Shown in pieces: positions 62,201-64,000 of a stretch of DNA of 64,000 nucleotides. This DNA comes from Chiloscyllium plagiosum (taxonomy: Eukaryota): the NCBI RefSeq assembly GCF_004010195.1, contig NC_057749.1, positions 18,135,457-18,199,456 on the forward strand. The letters run 5' to 3'. Both the position numbers and the translations under genes were made by a program. The notes below the pieces were generated by a model that did not search any database, was not told the DNA's origin, and saw only the letters and a list, made by a program, of their open reading frames with translations. How positions within the stretch are numbered: the first letter of the stretch is position 1; every line of letters starts with the position of its first letter.

Positions 62201-64000
62201 TTAATTTGGAGTGAGGGTGTTGTGTTAATTTGGAGTGAGGGTGTTGTGTTAATTTGGAGTGAGGGTGTTGTGTTAATTTGGAGTGAGGGTGTTGTGTTAA
62301 TTTGGAGTGAGGGTGTTGTGTTAATTTGGAGTGAGGGTGTTGTGTTAATTTGGAGTGAGGGTGTTGTGTTAATTTGGAGTGAGGGTGTTGTGTTAATTTG
62401 GAGTGAGGGTGTTGTGTTAATTTGGAGTGAGGGTGTTGTGTTAATTTGGAGTGAGGGTGTTGTGTTAATTTGGAGTGAGGGTGTTGTGTTAATTTGGAGT
62501 GAGGGTGTTGTGTTAATTTGGAGTGAGGGTGTTGTGTTAATTTGGAGTGAGGGTGTTGTGTTAATTTGGAGTGAGGGTGTTGTGTTAATTTGGAGTGAGG
62601 GTGTTGTGTTAATTTGGAGTGAGGGTGTTGTGTTAATTTGGAGTGAGGGTGTTGTGTTAATTTGGAGTGAGGGTGTTGTGTTAATTTGGAGTGAGGGTGT
62701 TGTGTTAATTTGGAGTGAGGGTGTTGTGTTAATTTGGAGTGAGGGTGTTGTGTTAATTTGGAGTGAGGGTGTTGTGTTAATTTGGAGTGAGGGTGTTGTG
62801 TTAATTTGGAGTGAGGGTGTTGTGTTAATTTGGAGTGAGGGTGTTGTGTTAATTTGGAGTGAGGGTGTTGTGTTAATTTGGAGTGAGGGTGTTGTGTTAA
62901 TTTGGAGTGAGGGTGTTGTGTTAATTTGGAGTGAGGGTGTTGTGTTAATTTGGAGTGAGGGTGTTGTGTTAATTTGGAGTGAGGGTGTTGTGTTAATTTG
63001 GAGTGAGGGTGTTGTGTTAATTTGGAGTGAGGGTGTTGTGTTAATTTGGAGTGAGGGTGTTGTGTTAATTTGGAGTGAGGGTGTTGTGTTAATTTGGAGT
63101 GAGGGTGTTGTGTTAATTTGGAGTGAGGGTGTTGTGTTAATTTGGAGTGAGGGTGTTGTGTTAATTTGGAGTGAGGGTGTTGTGTTAATTTGGAGTGAGG
63201 GTGTTGTGTTAATTTGGAGTGAGGGTGTTGTGTTAATTTGGAGTGAGGGTGTTGTGTTAATTTGGAGTGAGGGTGTTGTGTTAATTTGGAGTGAGGGTGT
63301 TGTGTTAATTTGGAGTGAGGGTGTTGTGTTAATTTGGAGTGAGGGTGTTGTGTTAATTTGGAGTGAGGGTGTTGTGTTAATTTGGAGTGAGGGTGTTGTG
63401 TTAATTTGGAGTGAGGGTGTTGTGTTAATTTGGAGTGAGGGTGTTGTGTTAATTTGGAGTGAGGGTGTTGTGTTAATTTGGAGTGAGGGTGTTGTGTTAA
63501 TTTGGAGTGAGGGTGTTGTGTTAATTTGGAGTGAGGGTGTTGTGTTAATTTGGAGTGAGGGTGTTGTGTTAATTTGGAGTGAGGGTGTTGTGTTAATTTG
63601 GAGTGAGGGTGTTGTGTTAATTTGGAGTGAGGGTGTTGTGTTAATTTGGAGTGAGGGTGTTGTGTTAATTTGGAGTGAGGGTGTTGTGTTAATTTGGAGT
63701 GAGGGTGTTGTGTTAATTTGGAGTGAGGGTGTTGTGTTAATTTGGAGTGAGGGTGTTGTGTTAATTTGGAGTGAGGGTGTTGTGTTAATTTGGAGTGAGG
63801 GTGTTGTGTTAATTTGGAGTGAGGGTGTTGTGTTAATTTGGAGTGAGGGTGTTGTGTTAATTTGGAGTGAGGGTGTTGTGTTAATTTGGAGTGAGGGTGT
63901 TGTGTTAATTTGGAGTGAGGGTGTTGTGTTAATTTGGAGTGAGGGTGTTGTGTTAATTTGGAGTGAGGGTGTTGTGTTAATTTGGAGTGAGGGTGTTGTG
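59233..64000. repeat. Perfect 24-bp tandem array GAGTGAGGGTGTTGTGTTAATTTG, ~198 copies, continuing past the window end
   Basis: Every second 60-base line is identical; no variant units seen. Confidence 0.99.

Noticed and set aside
3597..64000. CRISPR arrays
   Set aside because: All 24-37 bp repeats are directly tandem with no unique spacers, there are no cas genes, and the context is eukaryotic
59233..64000. True telomere
   Set aside because: The unit is 24 bp, contains no TTAGGG, and is related to the adjacent 27-bp satellite

Overview
Repeat-dominated eukaryotic DNA, most likely from a shark or other elasmobranch, inferred from HE1/V-SINE-type SINEs and shark-type CR1 LINEs. It has six N gaps: 2590-3224, 8212-8991, 20139-20513, 22128-22456, 32021-32520 and 38291-38317. 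No intact host protein-coding gene can be supported. The long ORFs are read-through of tandem repeats, N gaps or decayed LINE ORF2. The window holds many truncated CR1 LINEs (including ORF1 esterase and zinc-finger remnants), Rex/Babar and RTE fragments, tRNA-derived SINEs, a small MITE and several minisatellites (33, ~70, 37, ~69, 20 and ~11 bp). A ~20 kb satellite block grades from very decayed 27-bp units into a perfect, C-free 24-bp array that runs off the window end. The most notable signal is a set of about 12 minimal hammerhead-ribozyme motifs (CUGANGA...GAA-palindromic tetramer-H). They belong to at least four Penelope-like element families, including short palindromic insertions with long target-site duplications. 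One possible non-coding exon lies near 522-680.
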